Shown: piece after piece, positions 28,108 to 38,599 of the stretch
How positions within the stretch are numbered: position 1 is the first letter of the stretch
Layout of the letters: every line of letters begins with the position of its first letter
DNA from: Lewinella sp.
GTDB lineage: Bacteria > Bacteroidota > Bacteroidia > Chitinophagales > Saprospiraceae
Reading direction: 5' to 3'
Length of the DNA stretch: 41,843 nt
Assembly (NCBI GenBank): GCA_041746055.1
Contig: JBGTHX010000339.1
Span: 1 to 41,843, forward strand
The notes under the pieces: generated by a model
Told to the model about the DNA's origin: nothing
Database searches by the model: none
The model's input: the letters and a program-made list of their open reading frames with translations, nothing else
Translations under genes and position numbers: made by a program

Positions 28108-29280
28108 TTACGGTTTAAGGACGACCTTGATGCAGCCGTCTTCCTTGTCCCGGAACTTTTTGTACATGGCGGGAGCATTCTCCAGTGGTTCCGTGTGGGT
28201 GATAAGAAAGCTGGGGTCGATCTCTCCCTGCTGGATCTTATCCAACAGCGGTTGCATGTAGTGCTGTACGTGGGTTTGTCCCATCTTCCAGGTGAGGCCC
28301 TTGTTCATGGCCGCACCCATCGGAATGGTTACCGTCTGGGCGTATACGCCGGGGATGGACAGGGTGCCCCCCTTGCGGCAGGCCATGATGGCCTGTTGCA
28401 GGACATAGGGGTGATCGGTCTGCAGGTGGGCCGTTTGCTTGAGGGCATCGGCCGCGGCGCCGACCATATTGGAGGCGTGCGACTCGGCGCCTACGGCGTC
28501 GATACAGCGGTCGGGGCCCCTGCCGCCCGTCATATCATTGAGTTTGCCGACGACATCGTCGACTTCGGAGAAGTCGATGGTTTCCACCTGACAGTGGGTC
28601 CGGGCCATTTCGAGGCGCTCGGGTACTTGGTCGATGGCGATGACGCGTTCGGCGCCCATCATCCAGGCGCTCTTCATTGCGAAAAGGCCAACGGGACCAC
28701 AGCCCCAGATGGCCACGGTGTCTCCCGCTTCGATCTGGGCGTTCTCGGCCGCCATGTAGCCCGTGGGGAATATGTCGGATAGGAAGAGGACCTTCTCATC
28801 GGGGAGGTCGCTTTCGATCTTGATGGTGCCCAGGTCAGCGTAGGGTACGCGGAGAAATTCCGCCTGTCCGCCGGGGATGCCGCCCAGCAGGTGGGAGTAG
28901 CCGTAAACGCCGGCGGGGCTGTGGCCCATGGCCTTTATGGCGTTCTCCGGCTTGGGGTTGGAGTTATCGCACATCGAGTACAGGTCCTGCTCGCAGAACC
29001 AGCAATGTCCGCAGGAAATGGTAAAGGAGACGACCACACGGTCACCTTTCTTGATCTTCTTGACGTCGGAGCCGACCTCCTCCACGATACCCATCGGTTC
29101 GTGGCCGATAATATCACCGGCCTTCATCATCGGCACGAAGCCATCAAAGAGGTGAAGGTCGGAACCGCAGATCGCGGTGGACGTGATGCGGATGATCGCG
29201 TCGGTTGGTTTCTCAATCCTGGGGTCGGGGTGGGTGTCGACGCGAACGTCGCCTTGCCCGTGGTAGGTTAATGCTCTCAT
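28108..29280 (-). CDS. Zn-dependent alcohol dehydrogenase, formaldehyde dehydrogenase-like (MDR family)
   Basis: ICGSDLH, GHE, CGHCWFC...C structural Zn site, LSDIFPTG and GCGPVG; ATG 29280 (MRALTY). Confidence 0.92.
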   Translation of the reverse strand: MRALTYHGQGDVRVDTHPDPRIEKPTDAIIRITSTAICGSDLHLFDGFVPMMKAGDIIGHEPMGIVEEVGSDVKKIKKGDRVVVSFTISCGHCWFCEQDLYSMCDNSNPKPENAIKAMGHSPAGVYGYSHLLGGIPGGQAEFLRVPYADLGTIKIESDLPDEKVLFLSDIFPTGYMAAENAQIEAGDTVAIWGCGPVGLFAMKSAWMMGAERVIAIDQVPERLEMARTHCQVETIDFSEVDDVVGKLNDMTGGRGPDRCIDAVGAESHASNMVGAAADALKQTAHLQTDHPYVLQQAIMACRKGGTLSIPGVYAQTVTIPMGAAMNKGLTWKMGQTHVQHYMQPLLDKIQQGEIDPSFLITHTEPLENAPAMYKKFRDKEDGCIKVVLKP

Positions 29281-29398
29281 GGGGGTATGTTTTTCTAACA
29301 TACCTGAAGACAGGGGACCTAGTTCAGTCGGAAGTTTTGTTAGGCCGCCGAATCACGAAGGAATATCCCGGGTGCACCGGTAACCGTCAACTATTACC

Positions 29399-31783
29399 CT
29401 AAAACGGATACCCGAAGCCGATCACCAGCCGGATACTCCGATCAACTGGGTCACCTACGAAAGATTGGGGGATCTGGAAATCGGCAACGGCGCTCTCGTA
29501 GGGGATCTGAAAGGGCTTGGCCAGGTCGATCCGGAAGATCAGGAAGGTCAGGTCGAAGCGGAATCCGATGCCGTAGTCAATTCCCAGTTCGTTAATGAAG
29601 GCCGTGGTGCGCAAATCGGTGTCGAGGGGCTCCGCCTCCGTTTTGTACGTCCATACATTACCTGCGTCTACGAAGGCCGCCAGGCCGATCAGTGAGGTGA
29701 CCTTGTGGCGGATCTCCACGCTGGATTCCAACAGCAAGTTGCCGTAACCGCCCAGGGTCAGCAGGTTGTTATTCTGTGGAGCGGTGCGTCCGGGGCCCAG
29801 TTGCCGGGGAGCAAATCCGCGGAGACTGTTCGGACCGCCGATCGAATAAAGGTCAAAGTAGGGAACGATGGCACGCTCAGTCAACGGATAGGCTACCCCG
29901 CCGTGTATCCGCATGGCGAGTTGGGTGGCCTGGGTAAAGTTGTGGTAGTAGCGTAAGTCGGTCTCCACCTGGGGGTAGATACTCTGGATGCGGTCACCCC
30001 GGGTATTATCGGCCGTAAGGGGGAAGATGTTATTGAAGTTCATGGACAGGTACTGCTGCCAGAAGAAGTTGTTAGTATCCTCACCGTCGAGCCGGGTATC
30101 GTAGGTCAGCGTATAGTTGGGGCTGTACACGATCATTCGGTCGAAGCGACTGGCGGCGGTGGCGCTGTTGTCGGAGCTCCCGTTGATGCCCAGGCTGTTC
30201 GCCAGCTGTAGCACTCCGGCGTCGCGGATGACCGGATCCTGTATCCTTACCGATAGGGGGTTGAAGGCGTGGGTAGTCTTAATCTCCCGCTGCCAGGTGT
30301 AGCCGTATTCGGCGCGGATCTGCAGGAGGCTGACGTTCTCGGTGGTCATGGGATCAGTCTCGAGCGTTTGCCGGAGATCTGTCAGCCCGAGGTCCCGGAT
30401 CTCCTGCCTGAATTTGGAAAGCGTCAGCGAAAGGCTCTCCAGCTTCGCCCCCAGGGAGATAACGGTACCGCTGGTGATCAAATGGGGTACGATTTTTCGC
30501 CGGTAGGGCAGCCACAGCCTTGGAATATTCAGCGTAGCCGTCAGCCCGTATATCCCGGAGCGGGGCACGCGAATCTCATCCTGGTTTCCGAGGAAGACCA
30601 CGTAGCTGAAATCCCCTTCGAGCTTGAATAGTTCCGCACCGCGGAGCAGGTTCCGGTTGGTGTAGGCCACGCGTACGTTGGGGCCGACGTAACGGGCCGA
30701 GTTATAGGTAAGGCCCAGTTCCGCATCAATACGCCGCCGGGGCTGGGGCTCCATATACGCATTGAGGATCAGGGTGGAATCTGACCCGGGCACTTCCTTA
30801 TAATCCAGGCTAATGTAGCGGAAGGTGTTGTAGCTGGCCAGGCGTTGCAGGGTGCGACGGTGGCGGTCCGGACTGTATAGCAGGCCCTCCTCCACCGCGA
30901 AACCCTCGTCGAGGATCTTGGGGCGCAGCGGACAATCGTCGCAGTGAATCTTAAGTCCGCCGGCCTCGGTCACGTGCATGCGGCCGCGGCCGACCGTATC
31001 CGTGACGTCCACATTGGGGTAGACGTTCACCTCTACCACGCGCTGCGGCAGCAGGTGGTCCTTGGGCACGTCATTTTTCAGCTTGGCGAGCATGGTCACC
31101 TCTTCTTCGCCTTGGACGGTGTCCGCGAGGAAGAGGAAGTCGTTCGCGTTGGCGTAGAAGTACCCCTCGTTTTTCAACGCCTGCTGCCACCGCTGCCGTT
31201 CCGCCTTGATGGCGTCCAGGTTATAGCGGTCTCCTTCGCGGATGAGGGTGGCGTCGTTTACGCTGTCGAGTACGTGGGCTACGCTGGTATCCGTCCAGTA
31301 GTGGCTTACGGTGTCGATGAAATAGGGTGCACCGACCTGGACGGTGTAGTCGAGACTGACCTCCCGGTTCTTTTCGATGGTGTCTACCGTGTGGGAAGAT
31401 TCACTCGTGAAATAGCCGATGTTGGCGGCGCGGTTTACGAGCAGGGTATTCACGCCCTCGGCGAGAGCCTGGTCGTAGAAGATCGGCTCCTCCCCCTTGG
31501 TCTGCTCGGGGTCGTCGGCGTATTTCTCCGGCTTCTTGCGCTTCTTCTCCTCGAATTTGTAGTAGCGCCAGATATTCCGGTAGCCGATGAGCGGGATCTT
31601 CTGGTTGGTGTTCTGGTTGAGGGCGGCCGTCAGGGCGAGGTCGAGCTCGTCGGTAGCCACGCTGTCGGGAGCGGTCACTTCGACCGAGGCACCCCGGTAC
31701 AGGTATTCCCCGGGGGGCAGGAACTGGGTGACGTTACAGCCCATGGCGCTGATCACGGTAGCGATGAGGAGAAGTCTCCGCAT
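29399..31783 (-). CDS. tamL: Omp85-family lipoprotein TamL (TamA-like)
   Basis: Lipobox AMGC; GEEP; POTRA-like region; GGPNSLRGF, FVDAGNVW and C-terminal GYPF; abuts tamB. Confidence 0.88.
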   Translation of the reverse strand: MRRLLLIATVISAMGCNVTQFLPPGEYLYRGASVEVTAPDSVATDELDLALTAALNQNTNQKIPLIGYRNIWRYYKFEEKKRKKPEKYADDPEQTKGEEPIFYDQALAEGVNTLLVNRAANIGYFTSESSHTVDTIEKNREVSLDYTVQVGAPYFIDTVSHYWTDTSVAHVLDSVNDATLIREGDRYNLDAIKAERQRWQQALKNEGYFYANANDFLFLADTVQGEEEVTMLAKLKNDVPKDHLLPQRVVEVNVYPNVDVTDTVGRGRMHVTEAGGLKIHCDDCPLRPKILDEGFAVEEGLLYSPDRHRRTLQRLASYNTFRYISLDYKEVPGSDSTLILNAYMEPQPRRRIDAELGLTYNSARYVGPNVRVAYTNRNLLRGAELFKLEGDFSYVVFLGNQDEIRVPRSGIYGLTATLNIPRLWLPYRRKIVPHLITSGTVISLGAKLESLSLTLSKFRQEIRDLGLTDLRQTLETDPMTTENVSLLQIRAEYGYTWQREIKTTHAFNPLSVRIQDPVIRDAGVLQLANSLGINGSSDNSATAASRFDRMIVYSPNYTLTYDTRLDGEDTNNFFWQQYLSMNFNNIFPLTADNTRGDRIQSIYPQVETDLRYYHNFTQATQLAMRIHGGVAYPLTERAIVPYFDLYSIGGPNSLRGFAPRQLGPGRTAPQNNNLLTLGGYGNLLLESSVEIRHKVTSLIGLAAFVDAGNVWTYKTEAEPLDTDLRTTAFINELGIDYGIGFRFDLTFLIFRIDLAKPFQIPYESAVADFQIPQSFVGDPVDRSIRLVIGFGYPF

Positions 31784-34700
31784 TTACGGTTCGGTTTTAT
31801 CGGGGCTCCAGAAAAAGCGGTCGAAGTCCTTGCTGTACGTCAGGCGCCCGCCGTAGCGCAGCACGTTGCCGCCGATCAGCACGTCCCGGTCGCGGTCGTT
31901 GAAGAACTTCAGGCGCAGGGACCCGTCGGGGTTGATCAGGTACTCGGCGGTGATGTTGTCCAGGTAGGTCTGGTTCGTTCCGGCCACCTCGTCGGCGCCG
32001 TCGCTGGCCACCCCGTCGACGCTAACCACTACGCGGTCGTTGAAGAGGGTTTTCCGGAGGCTTACCCGCAGGTTAGTATTGGTGCTACCGTCGGTGGCCT
32101 GGTAGCTGTCTAGGCCGAAGTCGAGTTCCACAAATCCTACGTACTGATTGGCGAGGTTGTTGAGGTAACCGCCCAGGGCATTATTGAGGGTAGTATTGGC
32201 CAGGCTGGTACCGTCTCCCCCACCCTGATCGATGATTGGGATGTTGAAGCCGCCGAAGGCCAGCAGGCGGAAGGCCGTGGAAGTGAGGCGGCTATCGTCC
32301 TGCCGCAGCTGGGCCAGGGCGTCGTCCACCGTGTTAATCCCGAGGTTACCGTACACGTCCTCCGGATACACCACGTCGGTGGTCAGGTTACTGGACATCA
32401 GGTCGCCCTTCAGCCCGATCACGACGTAAAAGGTCTGCTTTCTCCGGAGGGTGCCCGCATCGGAGGTCGCGCTGCCCGACATGGCCTCCACCAGCGGCAG
32501 CGGGGAAGTCTGCACCTGGTGACGGATGGTCAGGTCGAGGATGGGATTCGCGATGTCGCCATTGAAGGTAACGCTGCTGCCCGGCACGACGGTAAATTCC
32601 TTGTTGATTACCTGGTACACGAAGTCGTAGGTCCCCTGCACCAGGTCCACCCGGCCGGTGGCCTCCTGGCTGCCGTCCGGATTAATCTTCAGGGTCATGT
32701 TGCCCTCGGCACGGCCTACGAACTGCTGACCGGTGACCGGATCGATGACGACCGTCACTTTCAGATTAGGCTTCACGTCCAGATTCAGCGTCAGGTCCAG
32801 TCCGGTGCGTGCCGCGACCAGGCTATCGTTTCCGGCCAGGGTATCGCGGCGGAGGATGTCCGCCCATTGGTACTGTTCCTCGAAAGCGACGATTCCCTCT
32901 ACGTCCACCAGCCCCTGTGAAGCCAGCGTATATACATAAGTGATATCCGATCCTTCGTTAGTCGTGGCATCTACCTCGACCACCGGCAGAGTGGCGGTGC
33001 CGCGGATGTCGACTTTTGCGTTGACCGACATGAAGCCGTAGTAGTCCGGGTTCTGGTCCTTGGTGGAATTAATGGCGGTGAAGTTCCGCGCGTTCACCTG
33101 CATGTTCAGGCGGATATCATCCATGGCATCGAGGACGATGTTACCCGTTACCGCGGCGGTGTTGCCCTTCGTGTCGATGATCTGCAGGCCGTTGGCGAAG
33201 GTGATCTGCTGATCCTCGAATACGATGGGGTTGGTACCGAATTTGAATCTTTCCCCCAGGAGGCTGATTACCAGGCTGGCATCGCGGAAGGCCAGGCGCC
33301 CGTCGAGGATCGGATTGGCAATGTCACCCTTCACCGCGATCTGTCCTTCGAGGTGACCCTCCGTGTCCTCTAGGTAGCCCAGACTAAAGGGCTCGGCGCT
33401 CTTTAATTGCAGGGCATTCACGTCGAGCATCAGGTCCATCGGTCCGTTGAGCTCATAGGTGCCGGTAACGGCTACCTCGTTACCCCCACCCTTCAGCCAG
33501 ACGTCCAGGAGGTAACTCTGCTCGTTGGGAGAGGTCACCTTGGCCGTGAGGTCTCCCAGCAGCGTACCGGTGTAGGCCAGACTATCGATGGTGAGGTCGG
33601 TGCTGATACCCAGGTTGGTGAGGGCATTGTCCAGTCCCACCGTACCGTTGACGGTACCCGAGGCCGTCTCTTCCTCCGAGAAGATAAGGCGGCTGGGAGT
33701 GCGGAGGTTAAAGTCCTTGAAGGTGACGACCACGTCGTTGGGATTCACGGTTTCCGCGCGGAGCGACTGTCCGGCGTGGGACAGCACCACGTCCCGAACG
33801 ATCAGGGTGGTGTCGTAAAGCAGGATCTCGTTATCGGCCGGTACGGTCCAGGTTTCGAAGTTCAGGATCTGATCCTGGTCGAGGCGCACGATGAGCGAGT
33901 CCCCCGACTGGTCGATATAAGTGCCCAAGTAGTGGCGCAGGCTGTCCGCTTCAGTGTAGAGTTTCAACTCCAGTTTAAGCTGGTTGTCTACGGTTTCACC
34001 AGAGATGACGGTACGGCCCAGCTCGAGGTTGCCGTTGAGGTTCACGTCGGCCCAGTCCGCGTTGAAGTTCATGGAAGCCGTATCACCCACCGCTTTCATA
34101 GTAAGGTTGCGAGCCTCCAGACCCGCGTATTCAACCTCGGGTACATCCAGGCTAAAGAGCAATTCCGGTGCGGCGTCGCGGTAGAGCAGCGACAAGGAGA
34201 GCGGCGATAGTTGCGTGAGCCCGTTGATGATACCACCCGTCAGCACCTGGGGGCGCTTGAGGTGAAAGGCTACGTCAACCTCACTGCCACGTTCCACCGG
34301 ATCGGGTTGCCGGAGACTTTCGTCCCAGTAGGCCAGGATGAACGTCACCATTTCCTGGGGGGTCGACAGGGGATCGAAATAACCCAGCACCTCACCGTCC
34401 ATGATGTCGGAGCGAAGGTAGATCTGGTTGTCCCAGTTGTGCATGGCCGCGGTGAGCAACAGGCTGTCGATGAAGCTGCTTCCCTCCTCCCCGCGCAGTA
34501 CGAAGTTGTCGAGGCGGACGCGGGCGTCCAGGTCGTAAGGGTCGATGCCTTCAGTGCGCGCCTCCAGTTCTCCGGAAACCTCCATGGGTACGGCCGTGAG
34601 ATTCCACTGCTTCAATTGAATGCGCTTCACGTCCACCAGCGCCTCGGCGAAAATGGAGCTGTCCGCATTGACGATATAGCGGGCACTACCGTCGGCGAGG

Positions 34701-37081
34701 AAGTCCGGGTGAAGGATGTCGAACTGCGCGGCGTAGCGATTGTCGGTGACCGTAGCGGTAAGGTCCAGCAGCGAGTCCCCCGAGGTGCGGCTTACGAAGG
34801 CGTCGATGGCCAGGTCCATAGTCGGTTCCAGGCGACCGGTCACGTCCGCGCGGAGATCGAGGGGGCCGAGTCCGAGAGTGAGCAGGCTGTCGCGCATAGC
34901 GCCGGTAAAGAGGTCCGGTACACTGACGTTCGTCAGGTCGGCCGACACGTTCAGGTCTTCGGGATTGTAGCGGCCCTGCAGGTTCCAGTTGCCGTTGGAG
35001 GTTTCCAGGGGCACCTCGAAGGTGAGGTCGGTCAGCGATCCGGAGATGCTGGCATTGCGCACCCGCAGGTTGGGAATATTCAGGTTGGCCGGCAGGAGGC
35101 TGTCGGGTAGAATGGCCCGCACGTCGGCAATGTTGATGCCCAGGTCGCTTACTTCCAGATTGAGTGCCAGATTGTCCGGATCGGTCACGTTCCGAATGTT
35201 GCCGTTGATGCGGGCGTAGGTACTGTCGCCGGGCAAATTGAGACGCAGGTTAACATCGAGATTTTCGATGGGTCCGCTCACGGCGCCGCTGCCGCGCACG
35301 TAGTCGGGCAGGGTGTAGTCTTCGGGGAGAGAGCCCGGCGGCACGTAGGCCAGAATGGTGGCCCGGGTAGCCAGCAGCGTATCCAGTTTGACATCGAGGC
35401 GGGTACTGGGGTAGGTAGTGACCCCGTTGACTACGCCGCTGGTACGGATCCGGCTGTTAAGCCCGTTACCGAATACACGGTCCTCCAGGGCGTAGAGGTT
35501 CAGCTGCAGTCGCTCGTTCTGGTAGTCGGCCTGTCCTTCGGCCACGATGCGGCGGGGCCAGTCGATTCCGGGTGGCAGGGTGCCGGCGGGCAACAGCGGG
35601 AGCAGGGGACCGGGAGTGATATTGAGCTCGCGGAGGTAAATGCGACCGCCCGCCTGCTGGGGGTCGAGGATGTTGTTGGCCTGTCCACTGGCGCGCAGCT
35701 TGATACCCGGCCCGTCCAGGCTGATGCGGCCGATCTCCAGGTTCGCCACCGTACCATTGGCGCGGACGCTGAACGCGAGACGGTCGTTCATATTATTCCG
35801 CACGACGGACTCGGTCGCCAGATCGGGGGCGATCAGGGCGACGTCCTGCAGTCCCACGTACCCATCTAACTGTGCCCGGGCGACCAACTCTTCCAAATTG
35901 GCGGCGGCAAAATCGTAATCGATGGCCGTGTCGTCACTCTTCAGTTCGCTGTGGTTGGTACGCAGGGTGAAGTTGCGGAGCGCGAGGTAGTTGGGATCGT
36001 AGGTGATTTCCCCTTCCGTTCGCCGGATGGCCAGTCCGCTGCGTTCCACCGCGCTCAGCTGGCGAAGCTGGAGGTGAAGCGAGTCCACGAGGTAGGCGAT
36101 GTCGGTGGCTTCCGCTTCCACGCTGTCGAGTGCCAGGTGATTGTAGTCGATGCCCGGTCCCTGCAGGGAGTCCAGCGGGGTATCCATGCGGAAGGAAAGG
36201 TCCCGGAGCTGGAACAACTGCCCGCGGAAGGCGATACTGTCGCCCGCCACTACGTCGGCGCCTTCGAGGTTGACGTAGGGCAATCCGGTTTTGATCTCGA
36301 GACTATCCATGGAGAGCGCCAGGCTGCTTTCGGAGATCGTGATGCGCCCGGCCTGCAAAGCGAGGGGGGCGGTTTCGGTGACCGTGGTATCCACCGGCAG
36401 GGAACTTTCCCCGATGGTGATCGCGGCGACGGCGCCCTCCAGCTCAAGCTGGTCGAGCCCGAAGTTCATCGTATTGAGGTCGGCCTTGTCGATGGTGCCC
36501 TCCAGGCGGCGTGCAGTGACATCGGCGAGGATACCAACCGGATCGTCCTGATAGAATATATCCGCATTCGTTAGGCTCAAGTCAGCACCGTTCAGGTCGA
36601 TCAGAAAACCACCGGAACCGGCGGCCACGGAATCCGCCTGTGGGCTGTCCTTCATGGCTACGCTGTCGACCTGTGGAGCCAGGGCGTCGAGCATGAACTG
36701 GATGTTGCTGCTGGAATCGGTGGTCACTACGTTGGCGTAGACGTCGCGCAGGGTGACCTCGTTGATGTCGACGGTAGACCGGATGAGCGACCACATATCG
36801 ATCCCGACGCCGAGGTAGCCCAGGCGGGCGATGGTGTCTCCGGCGGGGTTGTTGACGTAGAAATCCTCGACTTCCAGGCGGGTAGGAAATTGAATGGAAA
36901 GCTCCCCGATGCCGACATCGGTATTCAGGGTATTGCTGGCGATCTTTTCCACCTCCCGCGTAATGCGGTCCTGCACGTAGGGGAGCTGGATCAGGAGAAA
37001 TACCAGCACGAGCAATCCGAGGACGGATACCACCAACCAGAAGAAGAACCGTCCTATCTTTTTACCTATGTGTGCAGCCAA
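31784..37081 (-). CDS. tamB: Translocation and assembly module TamB (DUF490)
   Basis: N-terminal TM anchor (LIQLPYVQ), long beta-rich body, DUF490-type C-terminus (AEYLINPDG...YSKDFD); TTG start. Confidence 0.9.
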   Translation of the reverse strand: MAAHIGKKIGRFFFWLVVSVLGLLVLVFLLIQLPYVQDRITREVEKIASNTLNTDVGIGELSIQFPTRLEVEDFYVNNPAGDTIARLGYLGVGIDMWSLIRSTVDINEVTLRDVYANVVTTDSSSNIQFMLDALAPQVDSVAMKDSPQADSVAAGSGGFLIDLNGADLSLTNADIFYQDDPVGILADVTARRLEGTIDKADLNTMNFGLDQLELEGAVAAITIGESSLPVDTTVTETAPLALQAGRITISESSLALSMDSLEIKTGLPYVNLEGADVVAGDSIAFRGQLFQLRDLSFRMDTPLDSLQGPGIDYNHLALDSVEAEATDIAYLVDSLHLQLRQLSAVERSGLAIRRTEGEITYDPNYLALRNFTLRTNHSELKSDDTAIDYDFAAANLEELVARAQLDGYVGLQDVALIAPDLATESVVRNNMNDRLAFSVRANGTVANLEIGRISLDGPGIKLRASGQANNILDPQQAGGRIYLRELNITPGPLLPLLPAGTLPPGIDWPRRIVAEGQADYQNERLQLNLYALEDRVFGNGLNSRIRTSGVVNGVTTYPSTRLDVKLDTLLATRATILAYVPPGSLPEDYTLPDYVRGSGAVSGPIENLDVNLRLNLPGDSTYARINGNIRNVTDPDNLALNLEVSDLGINIADVRAILPDSLLPANLNIPNLRVRNASISGSLTDLTFEVPLETSNGNWNLQGRYNPEDLNVSADLTNVSVPDLFTGAMRDSLLTLGLGPLDLRADVTGRLEPTMDLAIDAFVSRTSGDSLLDLTATVTDNRYAAQFDILHPDFLADGSARYIVNADSSIFAEALVDVKRIQLKQWNLTAVPMEVSGELEARTEGIDPYDLDARVRLDNFVLRGEEGSSFIDSLLLTAAMHNWDNQIYLRSDIMDGEVLGYFDPLSTPQEMVTFILAYWDESLRQPDPVERGSEVDVAFHLKRPQVLTGGIINGLTQLSPLSLSLLYRDAAPELLFSLDVPEVEYAGLEARNLTMKAVGDTASMNFNADWADVNLNGNLELGRTVISGETVDNQLKLELKLYTEADSLRHYLGTYIDQSGDSLIVRLDQDQILNFETWTVPADNEILLYDTTLIVRDVVLSHAGQSLRAETVNPNDVVVTFKDFNLRTPSRLIFSEEETASGTVNGTVGLDNALTNLGISTDLTIDSLAYTGTLLGDLTAKVTSPNEQSYLLDVWLKGGGNEVAVTGTYELNGPMDLMLDVNALQLKSAEPFSLGYLEDTEGHLEGQIAVKGDIANPILDGRLAFRDASLVISLLGERFKFGTNPIVFEDQQITFANGLQIIDTKGNTAAVTGNIVLDAMDDIRLNMQVNARNFTAINSTKDQNPDYYGFMSVNAKVDIRGTATLPVVEVDATTNEGSDITYVYTLASQGLVDVEGIVAFEEQYQWADILRRDTLAGNDSLVAARTGLDLTLNLDVKPNLKVTVVIDPVTGQQFVGRAEGNMTLKINPDGSQEATGRVDLVQGTYDFVYQVINKEFTVVPGSSVTFNGDIANPILDLTIRHQVQTSPLPLVEAMSGSATSDAGTLRRKQTFYVVIGLKGDLMSSNLTTDVVYPEDVYGNLGINTVDDALAQLRQDDSRLTSTAFRLLAFGGFNIPIIDQGGGDGTSLANTTLNNALGGYLNNLANQYVGFVELDFGLDSYQATDGSTNTNLRVSLRKTLFNDRVVVSVDGVASDGADEVAGTNQTYLDNITAEYLINPDGSLRLKFFNDRDRDVLIGGNVLRYGGRLTYSKDFDRFFWSPDKTEP

Positions 37082-37115
37082 TTGGGGTATGCTTAATCAA
37101 ATCGTATTGAGCCGT

Positions 37116-37140
37116 AACGGATGCCTAATTAGAGTGTTCG
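37116..37140 (-). promoter_or_regulatory. Putative ECF-sigma promoter CGAAC-N16-CGTT for tamB-tamL
   Basis: Minus strand CGAACACTCTAATTAGGCATCCGTT, 34 nt upstream of the TTG. Confidence 0.5.
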
Positions 37141-37176
37141 CGGGTGTGGCCGGCATAATACCCGATTCGTCGCGGG

Positions 37177-38355
37177 TCAGTCGACCTGCACCACCAGTCC
37201 CTTCAGGTACTCTCCCTCGGGATGGTAGAGGCTGACGGGGTGGTCGGCACCCTGGGCCATGCGGTGGAGTATGCGGGCGGTGCGCCCGGATTCGAGGCCG
37301 GCCGCCACTATGGTATCCCGGAACAATTGGGCGTCCACTACGCGGCTACAGCTAAAGGTGAAGAGCAAGCCACCCGGGGCGAGGGCACGGATCGCGCGGG
37401 CATTGAGGCGCTTGTAGGCCTGCACCGCCTTGTGGCGGCGGTGCTTGTTCTTGGCGTAGGCCGGAGGGTCCACCACCACGATGTCGAAGGAGCCCGGCTC
37501 CACGTCCTTCAGGAATTCGAGTACGTCGGCCGTATGCACCGTGTGGCGGTCCCCGAAGTCACCGTTGCGGGCCACGTTCGCCGCGGTGAGCTCGGTAGCC
37601 CCGGCACTCAGGTCCACGCTCTGCACCTGCGCCGCGCCGCCCAACAGGGCATACACCGAGAAGCCGCCGGTGTAGCAGAAGGTGTTGAGTACGCGCTTGT
37701 CGCGGGCGTAGCTTCCCAGGAGCCAGCGGTTGTCGCGCTGGTCGAGGAAGAAGCCGGTTTTCTGCCCGTTCACGAAATCGACGAGGAAGCGCCGGCCGTT
37801 TTCCAGCGCCACGATCTCCCCTACCGCTTCGCCCGCCACGGTGGCATTTTCCGCCTGCCCTGCATAGCGTTCGGGCAGCACCGAGGCACTTTTGTCGTAC
37901 ACCGAACCGATGCCTTCGAAGCGCAATAGGGCGGCGGCGATGCGGTCGCGCTGCCGGTGCATGCCAATGCTGTGGCACTGGATCACGGCTACCGAGGCGT
38001 AGCGGTCGACCACCAGACCCGGCAGGCCGTCACCCGCCGCGTGCACCATCCGGTAGGCGTTCGTGAGCGGATCGGATGCCAGCCCCAGGTTAGTCCGCAG
38101 GCGAAGGGCCGCGGTAAGGCAGCGGTCGAAGAGATCCTCCGGGAACTCGCTCGCCCCGAAGTGAAGCATCCGCACCCGAATGCTACCGGCCTGATAATGA
38201 CCGACTCCGAGCGGCTGACCGGCAATATCTTCGACGCGTACGGTCTCCCCGTCCTCAATGCCGTCGGCTTCGCGCTCGACGGCGCCGGAAAATACCCAGG
38301 GGCTATAGCGCTGGACCGCGCCTTCGCGGCCGCGTTTGAGGGTGATAGCTTTCAT
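37177..38355 (-). CDS. rlmI: 23S rRNA m5C1962 methyltransferase RlmI-like
   Basis: PUA-like PWVFSG, DGLPGLVVD, GQKTGFFLDQR, LNTFCYTGGF, DPPAY, FSCS, DHP and EYLKG; -7 variant TACCTTCG at 38373-38380. Confidence 0.9.
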   Translation of the reverse strand: MKAITLKRGREGAVQRYSPWVFSGAVEREADGIEDGETVRVEDIAGQPLGVGHYQAGSIRVRMLHFGASEFPEDLFDRCLTAALRLRTNLGLASDPLTNAYRMVHAAGDGLPGLVVDRYASVAVIQCHSIGMHRQRDRIAAALLRFEGIGSVYDKSASVLPERYAGQAENATVAGEAVGEIVALENGRRFLVDFVNGQKTGFFLDQRDNRWLLGSYARDKRVLNTFCYTGGFSVYALLGGAAQVQSVDLSAGATELTAANVARNGDFGDRHTVHTADVLEFLKDVEPGSFDIVVVDPPAYAKNKHRRHKAVQAYKRLNARAIRALAPGGLLFTFSCSRVVDAQLFRDTIVAAGLESGRTARILHRMAQGADHPVSLYHPEGEYLKGLVVQVD

Positions 38356-38575
38356 GCGGGGCTTTTGACCGGCGAAGGTAGGCACCCCCAGGCGGGGCCG
38401 GCGCAACAAATTTGAATCACGGGGATACTAGTGGATCGTATTTCAGCGTTTAGGAGCCGTCCGCCGGTATTGAGGCCGGACCCTCCCTGACTTCGGGTCC
38501 GGGGTCCGCTCCGCTCCTGCTCTCGTCCGCAGTCTTGCCAAACCTCCCGGACACGTTTTTATCGTATTAGTTTAC

Positions 38576-38599
38576 CGAACGTCTAATTATGTAGCCGTT
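38576..38599 (+). promoter_or_regulatory. Putative ECF-sigma promoter CGAAC-N15-CGTT for the DUF4382 gene
   Basis: CGAACGTCTAATTATGTAGCCGTT; shares TCTAATTA in the spacer with the tamB site. Confidence 0.45.
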
